The translations under genes were made by a program, and so were the position numbers. The notes under the pieces are model-generated. The model was not told where the DNA came from. It saw only the letters and a list, made by a program, of their open reading frames with translations, and made no database searches. DNA of 63,262 nucleotides, filler included, from Octopus bimaculoides (Eukaryota): NCBI RefSeq assembly GCF_001194135.2. It is 5 parts of 5 records of this genome, joined end to end, with 100 filler letters (N's around TTAATTAATTAA, not from the genome) between each part and the next. Parts side by side here need not be neighbours in the genome. Positions count along the whole stretch, not along the records: positions 14,643 to 43,246 come from NC_068982.1; positions 43,347 to 56,106 come from NC_068988.1; 3 more parts are not named here. One strand, written 5' to 3'. Below are positions 37,076-51,410 of the stretch, piece by piece (positions within the stretch are counted from its first letter, which is position 1; the number at the start of each line of letters is the position of its first letter).

Positions 37076-37761
37076 TGACATTCTCTATGGGCCATTGGAT
37101 CATATCATAAGATAACAAATTGAGAGAACGCCTATGTCTGCTCACAACTATATAGGTACCTTCAACAATTTGTTAGAGTACAGTCTCTTATTACCAAATC
37201 GTACTCATTCAAGAGTGACAAATGGTTCTCTCTTGAAGCTGAATTTAAACATCATATAAAATCCAACATTTTTTATCCATTTCTGGTGTAGAATCTGGTA
37301 GTTTTCCATATAGAGAAGTATTTGAGGCAAGCTTCTCTGTAGATTTTACCTTCAACATAATACAGGACAATGATTGAAAAGGCATTCTAAGAATTGCACT
37401 CAGTGACAGTGCCATTGGAAATCAGTATTACCTAGAGTTTACTCTACATCTACATCTATACAAGCTATGCCTGCTTCTACGTCTCACATCTGCTATTTAT
37501 GAAAACACCACTACCTCCACCCCCTTACATCCTCATATTCTAACAGTCTGTAAACATTAGTGGTTTTGTAAAGATTATTGGTAGGAAGAATTTAAAGTCC
37601 ACTGACATTATTAGTCTGCTGTTCTAAATAAACTTTAGTAAAACAAATTTAAAGTGTTGACAAAAGATTCTGCATAATTTGTAGAAACGCTTCTGAAAAA
37701 CAAAAAAAAAGGATTGATTTAAAAGTTATTACTGTTAAAATCCTATTCAGATAGTTCTTAC

Positions 37762-37886
37762 CTTTCGAAACATTTTTTAAAGATATATTAGCATTGCTGT
37801 CAACTGTACGTAGTTTGGAACTATGATGCTCCAAGACATGGAGAGTCTCTGTCCATTTGTCTTGTTCACTTTCCCATGTGTCTAAC
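37762..37886 (-). CDS. NMNAT: NMNAT coding exon (LDTWESEQDKWTETLHVLEHHSSKLRTVDSNANISLKNVSK)
   Basis: Acceptor ccatgttag, donor gtaaga. 125 nt, phase 2 to 1. Matches [21 protein letters not shown] of NMNAT. Confidence 0.95.
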
Positions 37887-38329
37887 CTAACATGGATAGA
37901 AATGTGAAGAAAGAAAGAAGAAAAATATGAAAAGACAAAAAAAGACTAAATAAAGAATAACAAAAAGAATACAAGAGACAACAAAAGAATGAAAAAAAAA
38001 ACAAAAAGTTATTTTGGTTAGTTTGGAATTAATATTGGATCTTTAGTGAAAATGGTAAAACAAAAACCACGCAGTGAGGTCAGGTCAGGTAAAGGGAAAG
38101 GACATGCACTGTTGCGGTGCATTGCTGCATTCACCATTTGTCGATATATTCTGGGGGTTCTTCTGGGCAACCTGAATCCCAGTTCTGTTCCCACAAGATA
38201 CCTCGTCTGACATGACCAGGTGCCATATGGTCAGCCATCAACCCAACCAAACCCTCACTGAAGAGAACATGGTAAGTAGGGTCTCTAACTCAGAAAATCA
38301 AGCAACTTGGCCAAACAGTCTGAGATGGC

Positions 38330-38640
38330 ACTCTCAAATCATACAAGTAACAGGGTGCATCCCAGTTTCTGAGCAGAATTGTTGGTAAGATACAAAATCC
38401 AACAAATGGTAACCTATAATCCTGTGGAGTCTCCAAGTACCAAAGGAGTTGAAGCAGCTCCTAAGGGCCTTGGACAGTGTCCAAGTCTCACAACTATAGA
38501 GCAGAGGACAAGAGACATAAAGGTCTGAACTGTTGTTCCTCTGCACAGATATTGCTGGTGCCCAACATCCTTGATCAATGAGTCCACAACTGCACCAGCT
38601 CATCTAAGTGGTTGTAGGACTTCAGATTCGCAGTTGATGC
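38330..38640 (-). mobile_element. RTE LINE C-terminal remnant
   Basis: CPLLYSCETWTLSKAL...WRLHRIIGY is typical of the post-RT region of RTE elements. Confidence 0.7.
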
Positions 38641-39020
38641 CTCTATGAATCTTGCTGCCAGAATAAGTGTACCAGATAATGTTTTGATTGTTCTGTTTAG
38701 ATTTAAGCTTATTTATTCTATTTTGCCAAGACCTAAATCAAGCAGGTGATGACATAAACTGCAATCCCTCTGACTTACCGAATATGATCAACAATAGAAG
38801 TGGATGGCAACACAGTCACGTACAAGTTCATACAAGCAGTGTGACCAGATGAGGACAATGAATGATGAGACTAAATAGTTCAAAGAATATATGTATGGGC
38901 TGAATGGTTTCAGACTGAAGAGAGTCTCATCAATCTCTTTGGTGCTTCCATATCAGCCAATTTCTATTGCATACGTTTGCTGCATTGCTCAAGATTAGCA
39001 TGTGTGGATTGTTGGCATTG

Positions 39021-39051
<31 letters not shown>

Positions 39052-39734
39052 TGCTTAATGTCTGTGTTCCATATTGGTATGGACTGGACAGTTTGATGGG
39101 AAACAAATCAGAGGATTGCCTCAAGCTCCGATGTCTGCTTTAGCATAGCTTCTCCATCAACACCCTCTACAGAATGTTCTGGGTGTTTTTTCCATGACAG
39201 TGGCTCTAGTGAGGTCAGCAGGTAACTTGCCAGACAAGAGCCCTCAACTGAGTGGAGGTGTAGTATTGAGGGAAGTAGCTTTACACCAGATGTTGAGAGG
39301 TTAAAGTATGATAAAGGGACAAGTGCAGATGTCTTGCTGCAGAGGAGACAAATGGCTTCCCCAGTTGGCAAGAGAGCAAAGAGACAGTGAGGTAGAAGGT
39401 GAATAGAATAAGGATTCAAAGTCAGAAGGTTTGTGAGAGTGTGAGAAGAAAGAGACAAAGGGTTGGAGATGAGGTAAATGTGGTCTTGGTGAGTGGGAAG
39501 ACCAGGGTGGGGTGGGGTTAAATTATGAGTGTGTCAAGGAGGAAGAGGAGGAGGTAATAAGTAGCAGTAATAAGCAGACGATATAAAGTGTTGGGGGATA
39601 ATTTAGAGCACTTATGCTCTAGTTAGAAGATTGATAGAAGGGTGGGTATTAGAAGATAAATTATGGGGGAAGGTTCACTGGACTTCATTTTTTCTGACCA
39701 AATCTTCTCAAGTACAACATATGGACAAAATCAT

Positions 39735-39965
39735 GTCAGTCCATTGTTATCTCATCCCTGAGGCTCAACATCTGCAGGTCAACCTCAACTACTTCATCCC
39801 ATGTCGTTCTGGATCTCCTTTTCCTATAAGTTCTATCTACATTTAGTAATTACCACTTCTTTATGCAGCTGTCCACACCTTTGCACTTTCTTGTATGTGC
39901 ACACTGACATTGCACATCCAGTGCAGCTGACTTCATTTCTTCCTAGCATTTGCATATCCTCTCCA
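39735..39965 (-). mobile_element. RTE LINE ORF-end remnant
   Basis: Reverse complement resembles the other copies: WMCNVSV ... RTTWDEVVEVDLQMLSL. Confidence 0.6.
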
Positions 39966-40057
39966 TTCACAGCCTACCTTTCATGGTCATGGAGCATTGC
40001 TGTTCATACATGACAACATTCAAAATAGAGTTAGTTTTTTCATTGTATCCAGAGTAG

Positions 40058-40206
40058 GGAGGTGTGGTAAGAAGTTTGTTTCTCAACTGCATAGTTCTGG
40101 GTTCAGTCCCACAGCGTAGCATCTTGGACAAGAGTCTTCTACTATAACCTGGAGCCAGCCAAAGCCTTGTGAGTGGATTTGGTAGACAGAAGTTGAAAGA
40201 AGCCCA

Positions 40207-40259
<53 letters not shown>

Positions 40260-40470
40260 TATGTTTGTCCCCCCCCCCACCACCATTACTCAACAACCAG
40301 TGCTGGTGTGTTTATGTTCCCATAATTTAGCAGTTTGGTAAAAGACATCAAGAGAATAAGTACCAGGCTTTTAAGAAGAAGCGCTGGGGCCAATCCATTC
40401 GACTAAAATTCTTTAAGGCGGTGCCCCAGCATGGCTACAGTTTAATGACTGAAACAAGTAAAAGATAAAA
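40058..40470 (+). mobile_element. SINE family B, full length
   Basis: Head gtgtggtaagaagtttgtttctcaac, internal (TG)n, 3' end gaaacaagtaaaag. Confidence 0.85.
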
Positions 40471-41934
40471 TAAACTGTTTAAAACTTTCATCAATTTGGA
40501 AACGAGCTTTCCCATTTATGATCTAATCAGCATTTTCTGTAAACTATGAACTTCTATTTTCTTGGTTTGTCAACGAACAACAAAAGGTAGGCAGACTAAT
40601 CTGTCAAATAAATATCACTTTGCCGCAACAAACCATCAAATTGACATTCTAAAACACACAAATACATATGGACGTTCCCATAACATATATCACAGTATTT
40701 CGTTTTGCAACCCTTGCAATACTAGCAAGAATATTCAAGGTTTATAAGTTAATACTGTGTCTTACATTTCATGTTAGCAGAGTGATATTCTCACGCTAGT
40801 TTATTTCTATGGAATTCAAAGCCAACACTGCAAGTTACAATGTTGCATTGTGTTACACCCCTAAACTAAGTGGGTGTTTTAAGCATTCAGGAATATTTAA
40901 TGGATTGGATTTGGTGCTGATTCGTGAAATATCAATATATATCCATTACCTATTTTTTCTATCTATGATTGCATTGTTTACATAGACAGATTCATATACA
41001 AAATTCTGTAACTTACAGTGGTAGCCTTTGAATTCTTTAGAAAATCTATTGGGATATACTTAAAAGTGATTCTATCATTCACCATGATCAGTAATATTTT
41101 TTTAAGTCTACTGAAGCAGTATTTTACAGTTGGATACTGTTCGAGTCATTTTAGTTACATCTCAGAACACATAGGTATACAGGTCACCTATCTTAAAACT
41201 AGGATGCAAGCAGTAAATGATATATATTAATATATTTAACTTGGTATCATGTAATCGAAGCTTGTTTCTTTTTTATCATGGTTAGTGTTTGTAATGTTAT
41301 AGTTCTTAATCTGTATTCACAAACACGTTTATATAAACTTTGTCCTCAAGATTAGGTCTGGTTCAAAGAGTTATCCTGCTAGACCCCTATTCCAGGTAAC
41401 ATAATCCATAGATTAAACAGATACCAAAATGAACAGAACGTATCAAGTGTCAGGAATTATTATGAACCACAGAGAACAACACAGCAAGAAAACTTCCTGC
41501 TTCACATTCGGGAAGACCACCATTTACAAGTGTGACGAGTTCCTAATCATGCACAGTTAACAGAGTAGTGCAAGGGAGATAACTTGCGATCATGAAGAAA
41601 CAGAACTTACTAGAACATCGCCTAAAGATCTGCTGTGCTCTGTGGATGAATTCTTTTTCTATTTCAAAACTTTATTCTGAACCCAAATGCTGCTGTGTAA
41701 TTACTGTTGCATTAGTATACCAACAAAATTGAAATAAAGCAATAATTATAATTATTTCTATTGTTATTCCTTTCAACTTCCTACATGTGTTTCATTGGTT
41801 GGCAATGTGAAGTTCTGACTCTTTTTTTAAAGTTATTCTTCATCCAACAGAGATTTAACAGTGGCAGTGCATATCAATTCTCTTCTCACTATCATCACCA
41901 CTAAAGCACAAGACTTTAGATTTGAAGGCAAGAT

Positions 41935-42090
41935 GTCATTAGCACAGTGAGAAAAAGGCTTAGTGGCATTTTGTCCATCTTTACATTCTGAGGTCAAAGT
42001 CCACCAAGGTCGACTTTGTCATTGGTTTCAATGTAATCAGCTTACCTCTGCCCCCAAGATTACTGGCATTGAGCTAAAATTTAAAACTAA
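41935..42090 (+). mobile_element. SINE family A, decayed
   Basis: Contains ttacattctgaggtcaaagtccaccaaggtcgactttg. Confidence 0.65.
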
Positions 42091-42314
42091 TATATAACAA
42101 CTGGTACTAATTTTCTAAATCCCACTGGAAAATAAGAAATGAAAAAATTCAAAAGTGACACCAGCCAAAATTGAACTCAGAATGTTGTAGGGGAAAATTG
42201 ATCACTGCAGTGCACTTAGACTGCTGCTCTACTTCTGCCATATCACCACCCTCAATAAAGAGAATATTGGAGAGAAAAAATAGAAAATCTAAATGAAATT
42301 TCTTATACTGATAC

Positions 42315-42382
42315 CTGACCCAGTCCATTGATTCTAATGCTAACTGAACCATTTCACAGCGATGAGAAGCTTTCTCCAACCC
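42315..42382 (-). CDS. NMNAT: NMNAT coding exon, most 5' exon found (GLEKASHRCEMVQLALESMDWVR)
   Basis: Acceptor aatttctctttcag, donor gtatca. 68 nt, phase 0 to 2. Matches the NMNAT segment GLIPAYHRVIMAELA..KWV. Confidence 0.93.
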
Positions 42383-43018
42383 CTGAAAGAGAAATTTTAC
42401 AGTCATTAGGTAGAAGCTTTTGTATATGTGTGATTGGGTGTGCATACGTTTTACACAATCATCATAATCATAATCACCACCACCACTGCTACCATCGTCG
42501 TCACTGCCACCACCACCACCACTACTACCATCATCATCATCATCATTATCATGGTCACCATTTAATGTTCGCTCTGCTATGTTTGCATGGTCAGACAAAA
42601 TAACTTGAGGCAGATTTTTCCACTGCCATATGTCCTTCCTGTCACCAATCCTTGCCTGCTGTTTCCAAGAAAGGTAATAGTTTTCAGAGTCCTTTGAATA
42701 CAAACAGCACAAAGGCTGCGCATGACTTCACAGAGGATTAGAAATGAAAGACATTCACCTGTATTTGATGGTGACATTCATTTAAAACAAGGACATAATC
42801 CAAACACAATAGGACACAGACACACACACACACACACACACACAAAGGGATCTTTCTGTTTCTATCTACCAAATCTACTTGCAAAGCTTTTGTTGTTAGG
42901 TTGGTACAGGGATATAGTAAAAAACACTTGCCCAAGATGGATAGTGGAATTGAACCTGAAACCACATGGGTAGGAATCAAATTTCTCAACTGCACAGTCA
43001 TGCCTGTGCATAGCTATG

Positions 43019-43051
<33 letters not shown>

Positions 43052-43052
<1 letters not shown>

Positions 43053-43246
43053 TCATCATCATCATCATCATCATCATCGTTTAACGTCCGCTTTCCATGC
43101 TAGCATGGGTTGGACGATTTGACTGAGGACTGGTGAAACCGGATGGCAACACCAGGCTCCAATCTAATTTGGCAGAGTTTCTACAGTTGGATGCCCTTCC
43201 TAACGCCAACCACTCAGAGAGTGTAGTGGGCGCTTTTACGTGTCAC
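43052..43246 (-). mobile_element. RTE 3'UTR/tail-derived repeat, cut by a gap
   Basis: (CAT)n followed by gtttaacgtccgctttccatgctagcatggg... Confidence 0.85.
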
Positions 43247-43592
43247 NNNNNNNNNNNNNNNNNNNNNNNNNNNNNNNNNNNNNNNNNNNNTTAATTAATT
43301 AANNNNNNNNNNNNNNNNNNNNNNNNNNNNNNNNNNNNNNNNNNNNTTTTTCCTTCCTTCCCCCTCCCAAAAAGAAAAGCTCTACATTGTATTTGTCCCA
43401 TCTTCGTTGAGCCCTGTGTGGCTAATAAAAGAAATGTATCTATATATATATCTATCTATCTGTGTATCTATCTACATTTCTACATACCTACCTGCCAACA
43501 ATCTTTATCTTATCTATTCATTTAGCTATCTAACAGTCTATTTATTTATTACCCATTCATTTTGTCTTTCTGATTAGTTGTGTGTCTGTTCA

Positions 43593-43723
<131 letters not shown>

Positions 43724-45789
43724 GTGGGTGTGCACCTGTTTGTACGTATTCATGGATAATTGTTTACATGTGTGTCTGTCTTCTGTTCATTCTTATGAAA
43801 ATCATCACCGTTTTGTAAATTTTGGCATATGCAAATCTGTTCGACATTTTGCGAATATATTTTAGATTTATATAATCATTTTTTTTTATTGATTTCTATG
43901 TTTCCCCATCGTACGAAAACGTGTTCAAACCAAACGGCATTTTACAATTGGTTTCCGTTTCTAATTTTACTGATTGCGATATCAGTGTTGTATATAGGGA
44001 GACACATATATAAATGAAATGATTGGTAATGTATGCAGTAAGCTAAATTTCAGAAGACATGAGATCATTAATAAAAACATACCGTATTTCCTGCAGAGAA
44101 GTCGAATTTTTCAAACCAAAATAAGTTTAGAACCAACAACATTACGTTGACTTATATATGAAGATGAATTTGAAGTACCAAAAATTCCATGTCAAATGTA
44201 ACAAAGTTTGGAAAGAATATAATGATTTTAGAGTGTTTACACTATATACAATGGCAGCTTCTACACCGGAAAATACGGTACAAAGGAGTAGTACAAAGGA
44301 GGGAGATGAAATAAATGATGAAAGAAAGGAAATGACTTCTTTATACAATAGTCAAAGAAAAGACTAGCCAACACCTGTTAGATACTCATAGTTCTTCCTT
44401 GACTGCTTAGATGTACGTTCGTTTCAATAGAATGAATTAATTGCACAGGAAAGACGGACCTGACAATATTCTTTTCATATGAGTTCTGGGAATGAATAAA
44501 CGAGGAAAGGGAAAAATATCGATTGGAAGAGAGTAGTCATATCTATTCTCAAAGCTTAACCAACATTTGTATCACTGACGCAAGGAAACAGTAAGAAAAT
44601 ATTCACATGATTATGCACGTATCTCAATAATGTTTTTGCATATTGCATATCCACTCACAAATACAAAATTAATAAATTGAAATCAAAATTTCCCTCATAG
44701 GAAAAAGAAATTTGATAGGTATAGTAAAAGCTAAAAAATTGTAGCTGCCACCAACTATTCCATGTTTAGATATACGAGTAACGATGAGAACACATTTACA
44801 ATTTATTGGCATTCATATAAGAATAATTGATGCATTTGTTTTCTAATTGTACATTGTCCACTTGTTCGTGAAATAGACAATGACTCGTACACATCATTTT
44901 TCCTTTACATTAAATATTGTATTTCATAGATTTAAAAGCAGTTTGCTTTGTTCGACACAACATCCGTTCATTGATTACTGTTATAACATTTAATTAATTG
45001 AATTAACAAGATATCTACAATGTGCTGTATTAATTAGATATTTGAAAATGATCACTTAATTATATTTTGTTCGAAAAAACAAAAAACATATCCCGTTGTC
45101 ATCGCAATAGTTATGCACACAATTTAATCACAACATTACATTTTCGACAATGCAGTTTTGCGTTTTATTATAATGATGCTTGTGTGTATTTTGTATATAG
45201 ATCTATTAAGCAACATGTACATGCCATCTTCTTTAGCTCAGTATTGTATCTGTAACTAAAGCTGAAAATAATCGATTACCAACATTTGTGCTTCTATTTA
45301 ACGAAGAATCGTATGCTAATCAAGAATTCATCCTTCATTATATGTACAATTTGAATCTGGTTGGTTCACGGAATCAATGCATTTGATTACAGAGGTCACC
45401 TCGATTAGATTCTAAGTGGCGTTCAGCATTAATAAAAACCTGACCTCTAAACTATAATTGTACTAATTATTCTGAGTTCAGGTACATAAATTCAATAACT
45501 TTGTGTGTAAAATATTTTACTAAAAAAGTACCTTAGATAGTAACTTACACCAGAATATCATCTTACTCGTCGTGTATTCTGCGATGTTGTAACTCATAAT
45601 TTTAGGAAATAGCTGCAAGTTTAAATATACACACGCGTGAGCGCAGGCACGCGTACGTACATACATACGTATAGAGAAGCATACATATATGAATATATAT
45701 ATACGCACTTATAGGTACATATATAGATACATATGGCCACAGATCATGAGCTGAAACCGATTCAATTCAATACTTATAAACATACATAT

Positions 45790-45960
45790 AGGCACATGGC
45801 CAGCAAATTTGGTGTAAGATTTAAGCCAATCACATTGATCCCAATGTTTTGTTGGTAATTATTTTATCGATCCTGAGAGAATGAAAGGCAATGTCGACCT
45901 CGGCAGGATTTGAACTTAGAACGTAAAGACGGACGAAATCTCGCTAGCAGCTTTGTCCGA
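45790..45960 (-). mobile_element. SINE family A
   Basis: Contains gaatgaaaggcaatgtcgacctcggcaggatttgaacttagaacgtaaagacggacg. Confidence 0.75.
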
Positions 45961-48848
45961 CCTTCCCATTAATATTAATATGGAGACAGGGCATGACAAT
46001 CGTTTTCTCATACTTTTTGAGCAACGTTTCGATCAGTCTAGGAATACAAATTTTTTAAAGATAATAAGTGTGTCTCCGGTCATCTCGGTTGTTTATTTGG
46101 CTGTTTGCTATGTTTTTCTAATCCCATAATACATGAAATCTATTAAATGAGATGTGTTTATCTATAATCAGTTTGAAAAAAAAAAGTAATATTGTTACCT
46201 TTATTTCAAACTCTCTTTAGTATGCTATTTACTCATGTTTTTACATTGTAGATCGGTAATCAACATGCTTTGATTATTCGTCCAGTCGTCTAAATGTTAT
46301 AATGTTATTGAGATTAGTTTCATGGAAAACAATATGATAAAAAAAATATGTCAAACAAACATATACGTAGCAACAATAGTTGTTTTCGAATCCAATACAG
46401 ATAACAGGCGCTATATCAGTCTGGCGAAATACATTTAACTAGTAATCACTGATATAGAAAGAAGCTTTGTTTTGCTTGATCCGTTAAATATTTAGTTAGT
46501 AATAAGATAAATATTATCACGTTTGTGTATCAACATAGGTAGTCTACAAATCATACGTAGTCTGGTATCATGTATATTACAAATTGCTATTGAAGAGAGC
46601 GTACGAAATATATCACTAATGCAAATATATAGAAAATTTAAACTTCTGAGGTAGATATTGAAATTTGTCGAAGTTTGGTCGGAAAGCTTTCATGTACATA
46701 CAGAAATATATTTGAGACATTAATATATATGAGGAATAACGAAAATTCCAGTAAGTATCAGAAAATATAATTTGACACTGTAATTCTGATACCAATTTCA
46801 ATTTCAGGATAATAAAATGAATTATTTCATTGTAAACTTTCCTTGGGCTATCTTTTAATATTATTTACATTAACCAATGAAATTTTTGAGAGGAATATTG
46901 CCACATTGATTAATTTGAACTGACGTTCGTTGAAACACTGGTGTTACAAGAAAGTATGTTATTACTCCTCGGTAGTTTTCAATAAAATATGTTCCTCCTT
47001 AAAAACTCGTTGGTACATGAGATGAAGCGGCAAGTGTGTAATAAAATCATATTGCGAAGAAAGCAAGGTTTTTTTCAATACTCAAATTCAAAATATTTTT
47101 ACCCTCAAGGCTGCGAACTGGCACAATAGCTTGCTCTTCGAACAAATTACTTAGCGACATTTCTTCACTTTTTTAACCGAAATGTCACCAAGGTCGTTTT
47201 TGCTTTTCATTCTTTCCGAGTCGATGGAATAATAATCAGTTCTGCGCTTAGATCGATGAAATCGACTAACTGCTCCACGAAGGTTTCCGGCCACGTAACT
47301 ATTTTAGAAAGGTTTATTATTGGGTGTCAGCTCCGAGTAATACATTCTCATGTCACTGGAGGATGTGTGAGGTGCCCTATACATGAAAGCGTCTGAGCGA
47401 CAAAATAACCCAAATGAGCATTTGGAAGGGTTTTAATAGTTACAGACTGGATTGTGTATTGGAGGTTGTGTGAGTGGACATTTGCTTATCATGTAACATT
47501 CAGTATCAGTAGCAGTATTATCGAAGGCCCGAGTCGATCACGAACGTAATATGCGAATTAAAGAGTTTTCGATGTCTATGTAATATGATGTGGAGTTGAG
47601 TTCTTAAAAAAAGCATCATCTCAATTAATTTTATAAATACGTGCATGAATTTATACATACACTAAAGCATGTATAAATAAATATAGATACGTAGATCGAG
47701 ACACACACATTTATACATACAACATACACAATCTCTCACACAAAGGTTACATACACACACATACGTGAGCGTACATATATATAGTTTTTCGGTAAGCGTT
47801 CGTGTGTGAATATTTACACATATGCGATCATGAACACATATATATGTATATGTTTGTATATCTGCAGACATATTCATATATACACAATAATCCACACACC
47901 AACACTCACACAAAAATCATACAAATTATAGAATTAAATCAACAAATTGCTTTTCTATCATTGTTTTTATTTTGAGAATATTTTTCTATTTCTCGTAAAA
48001 TCTATCTCACTTCTTCGAATATATTATCGTTTAATGAAATGTTAGAAAATAGCATTGTATTTAATTTCTTGTTGGAATATTCAACCTGATAACCAGTTGT
48101 CTCAATCTATATGTAACTAATTCCATACCTTGCCTCGAGATATAACAAATATAACTGATCAAATTTAACCAACGGAATATTATCGATATATCGTATACGT
48201 CAACTTCTTACTTATACGGCGAAATAACGTGTAAACGTCGTAAATATATAACAAGAAATCCGAACTACAATGCCGCAACATCATCAGAACTTGCTTGGAG
48301 CATTCTACTTCAAGCCCAAAATTCATATTGTGTTCTAGATATAATATATTTACAACATAACTAGATTGTGATTATTGATTTTTATAATTATATCGTCATC
48401 TGCCGGGTTATGATTTGAAATAATCATGAGATAATCAGATATTTGCTGTAACTATAATATCGACTTATTCATAATTAGTTCAAAGAATGATTCCGTACGT
48501 ATTATGTATGTGTGAGCGCACACACACACACAAACACAAACATACAAAACACACACGCAGGCGCATGCATATATGTCTAAAACCACACACATGTATATGC
48601 ATATATATAAGTATATATACATATGTATATATGTATATATANNNNNNNNNNNNNNNNNNNNNNNNNNNNNNNNNNNNNNNNNNNNNNNNNNNNNNNNNNN
48701 NNNNNNNNNNNNNNNNNNNNNNNNNNNNNNNNNNNNNNNNNNNNNNNNNNNNNNNNNNNNNNNNNNNNNNNNNNNNNNNNNNNNNNNNNNNNNNNNNNNN
48801 NNNNNTATATATATATAAATCGCTAGCTAGCTGGCTTGACAGACAGAC

Positions 48849-48916
<68 letters not shown>

Positions 48917-49179
48917 GAAAATCAGACCATGAGACCTTGTGAGTTTATTTATGAAATAATTATTTGTATTCTTGTTTTCCTTTGCTTTCTAAGTATTCTC
49001 TGCGACTGAACACCTGTAGAAAACAATCAAAGGAAACTTCATCAGTAAAAAATGCCCTGCTCATTATTTCGTTTTGAGTATACAAGAATGAAGATGCCTA
49101 TTAATTGGGCGGATATTTAGAAACAGTGGGCTCGTGAAATCCAAGCTGTTACAGTGTCTGTTCCTGTGTCCAGATGGCG

Positions 49180-49700
49180 ATGTCGGATCATTGACACTAC
49201 GCTGTGGTGTTCAAATCCCGTTACAGGTGCGCAGTATTTCTTGGGTCCTGTATCCGCTGAGAGACTTTTGTGCCTTCAGCAAAGCTTGCATGTGTGTTTA
49301 TCTGAGAAGCTGAGGGCATGTCTGAGGGGGCCACTATGAGTAGCATTGACCGTAAGACTGACCTGTGGACCACGACTCATCATTTAGAGGTAGCTACATT
49401 AGTTACCACTGCCTTACTTTTGTCTCCTAGAAATTCGTGTAGCCACTGTTCAGTATTCCGATTATTTCGACGTTACATTGTTTGTAACGTATACCACGTT
49501 TGACTTTATCAAAGACTTTAGTAAAGTCGAGATATATCATATCCAAATCCAAGTTTTTAAGCAGTTGCTTAAAAACCGAGTCGTAGTGCTGCAAGAGCTT
49601 TTTCTGGAAACTTCTTTCTGGCCGAAAACCTAGCAAGGTGTTAGTCAGCAAGTCATTCTCTTCAAGGAGCGCTTCGGATTAATCGTTCCACGATTGTGCT
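49180..49700 (-). mobile_element. CR1/L2-group LINE RT remnant
   Basis: GFRPERS...LLQHYD...DMIYLDFTKVFDKV, and SFAEGTKVSQ...L*RDLN (decayed FADDTK...LQxDL). Confidence 0.7.
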
Positions 49701-49957
49701 GAGAGATAAACCTTTCAATGCAATGTATGCTAAGTCTGTAAATTTAACGGAGGGCTCAAAAGACATTTTACGATCCACAAAGATCAGAACTTAACTGCAG
49801 TTCTTGGTGGTCCAAATCGGATATGCAATCTATGTGGGTGCATTTTCAAAACATCTTCTAGCCTAAAAAGCCATATCAGATGCTATGATGGTTCTAAGTT
49901 ATAGGTACAGTAGATGTTCAAACTCTGCATTAGGAGTAGACAACCACCATATGATGT

Positions 49958-50129
49958 ATGTATATATATCCGTCCAGGTTTACAACACAAATTATACTTA
50001 TTACTTATACCAACATTTGTTTTCTGGTATTTAAGAAATGGATATTTCCAGTGGTTTCAGAATGCGTTAGAAATGCGCTGAAATCAAGAAAACAAAAACA
50101 TGTGAGAATATATACGTGTNNNNNNNNNN

Positions 50130-50178
<49 letters not shown>

Positions 50179-50344
50179 ATATATATATATATATCCGTCC
50201 AGGTTTACAACACAAATTATACTTATTACTTATACCAACATTTGTTTTCTGGTATTTAAGAAATGGATATTTCCAGTGGTTTCAGAATGCGTTAGAAATG
50301 CGCTGAAATCAAGAAAACAAAAACATGTGAGAATATATACGTGT
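49958..50344. repeat. ~155-bp exact direct duplication flanking a 10-N gap (likely assembly overlap artefact)
   Basis: atccgtccaggtttacaacac...gagaatatatacgtgt occurs on both sides of the gap at 50120-50129. Confidence 0.85.
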
Positions 50345-51189
50345 GCTCGTTTGTGTGTGTGTAACTCTGTGTTTGTGTGTGTCCTTGTGTGTGCATAAAC
50401 ATGTGGAATCTGTACAAACCTTTGAATATGTTTGGATGTTTAAATATAACGTGTTTGTAATCTAGTCTCTACGTACGTCTAAGTATGAAAGTTGCACATA
50501 CTATATAAATGTGCACGAATTGGCCCTTTTCTAACAAGTCAAAACAAAAATGGCAACAATTGAAGTTACCTTATCAAATTATAAAATGCATCTATCTCTT
50601 GAGAAAAAAATTCTAAAGTACACGATACGGAATACGAAAGTGTAATCTACTCTAGGAAATTAAACTTAAGATTTGCTGCAAACCACATGAAACTCAATTA
50701 AATTATGATTCACCGTATATGAAATGAAGAGAGAAAATTTTCAAATGTAATCTTTTACTTAAACGGATTACATCTCCAAATTGTCACGCGCATGGAAATA
50801 AACGCGCATACTGACGTATGCTTGCATAACTATACACACTCAAAAATATATACTTAGAGCACTTACCTAGATATACATTTGTACTTGTGTGTGACAATGT
50901 CCACGTATGTTTTTTTTTAAATTATTTTCTATAGTGTATAATTGTATTTCTGAATTTTACTGGTTATGTAAGATAAAAAGATGACATGTATGATAAAATA
51001 ATTAACTGAAAATTCTAAGTTTGTTTAAATTGGTGATAAAAGTATATGATGCATGGCGTTGATGGCAAATGTAAGTAAACATACTGAAAATAAAGAACAT
51101 ACAGAAGATAATTAAATTATTGATATTATTGTTGTTGCTGCCGTTTGTATTTTCAGTGTTGCTGTTTCTGCTGTTTCTGCCATTGTAAA

Positions 51190-51410
51190 TGCGTTGGGAT
51201 AACAGAATCGTTAACGCGTCGGGTAAAATGTTTAGCGGCTTTTTTTCTCTGGCTCTTTATCTCTTGGAAATTGTACCGAAGTCCATTTTGCCTTCCACTC
51301 TTTCAGCGGAGATGAGGTAAATATCGGTTGAGCGGTAATGCTGTTGTAGTCGATTTGCACTCGTCCCTAAAATCGCTGACATTGAGCCAATTTTGAAAGT
51401 AGCATTGTCG
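51190..51410 (+). mobile_element. SINE family A, decayed
   Basis: Head cagaatcgttaacgcgtcgggtaaaatgtttagcgg; ends ccaattttgaaa. Confidence 0.6.

Noticed and set aside
44158-44367. 69-aa plus ORF in unique sequence
   Set aside because: No recognisable domain or splice context; the length is within chance expectation.
49958-50344. Exact direct repeat that might look like an LTR pair or tandem element
   Set aside because: Identical copies flank a 10-N gap, which is typical of an unmerged contig overlap.
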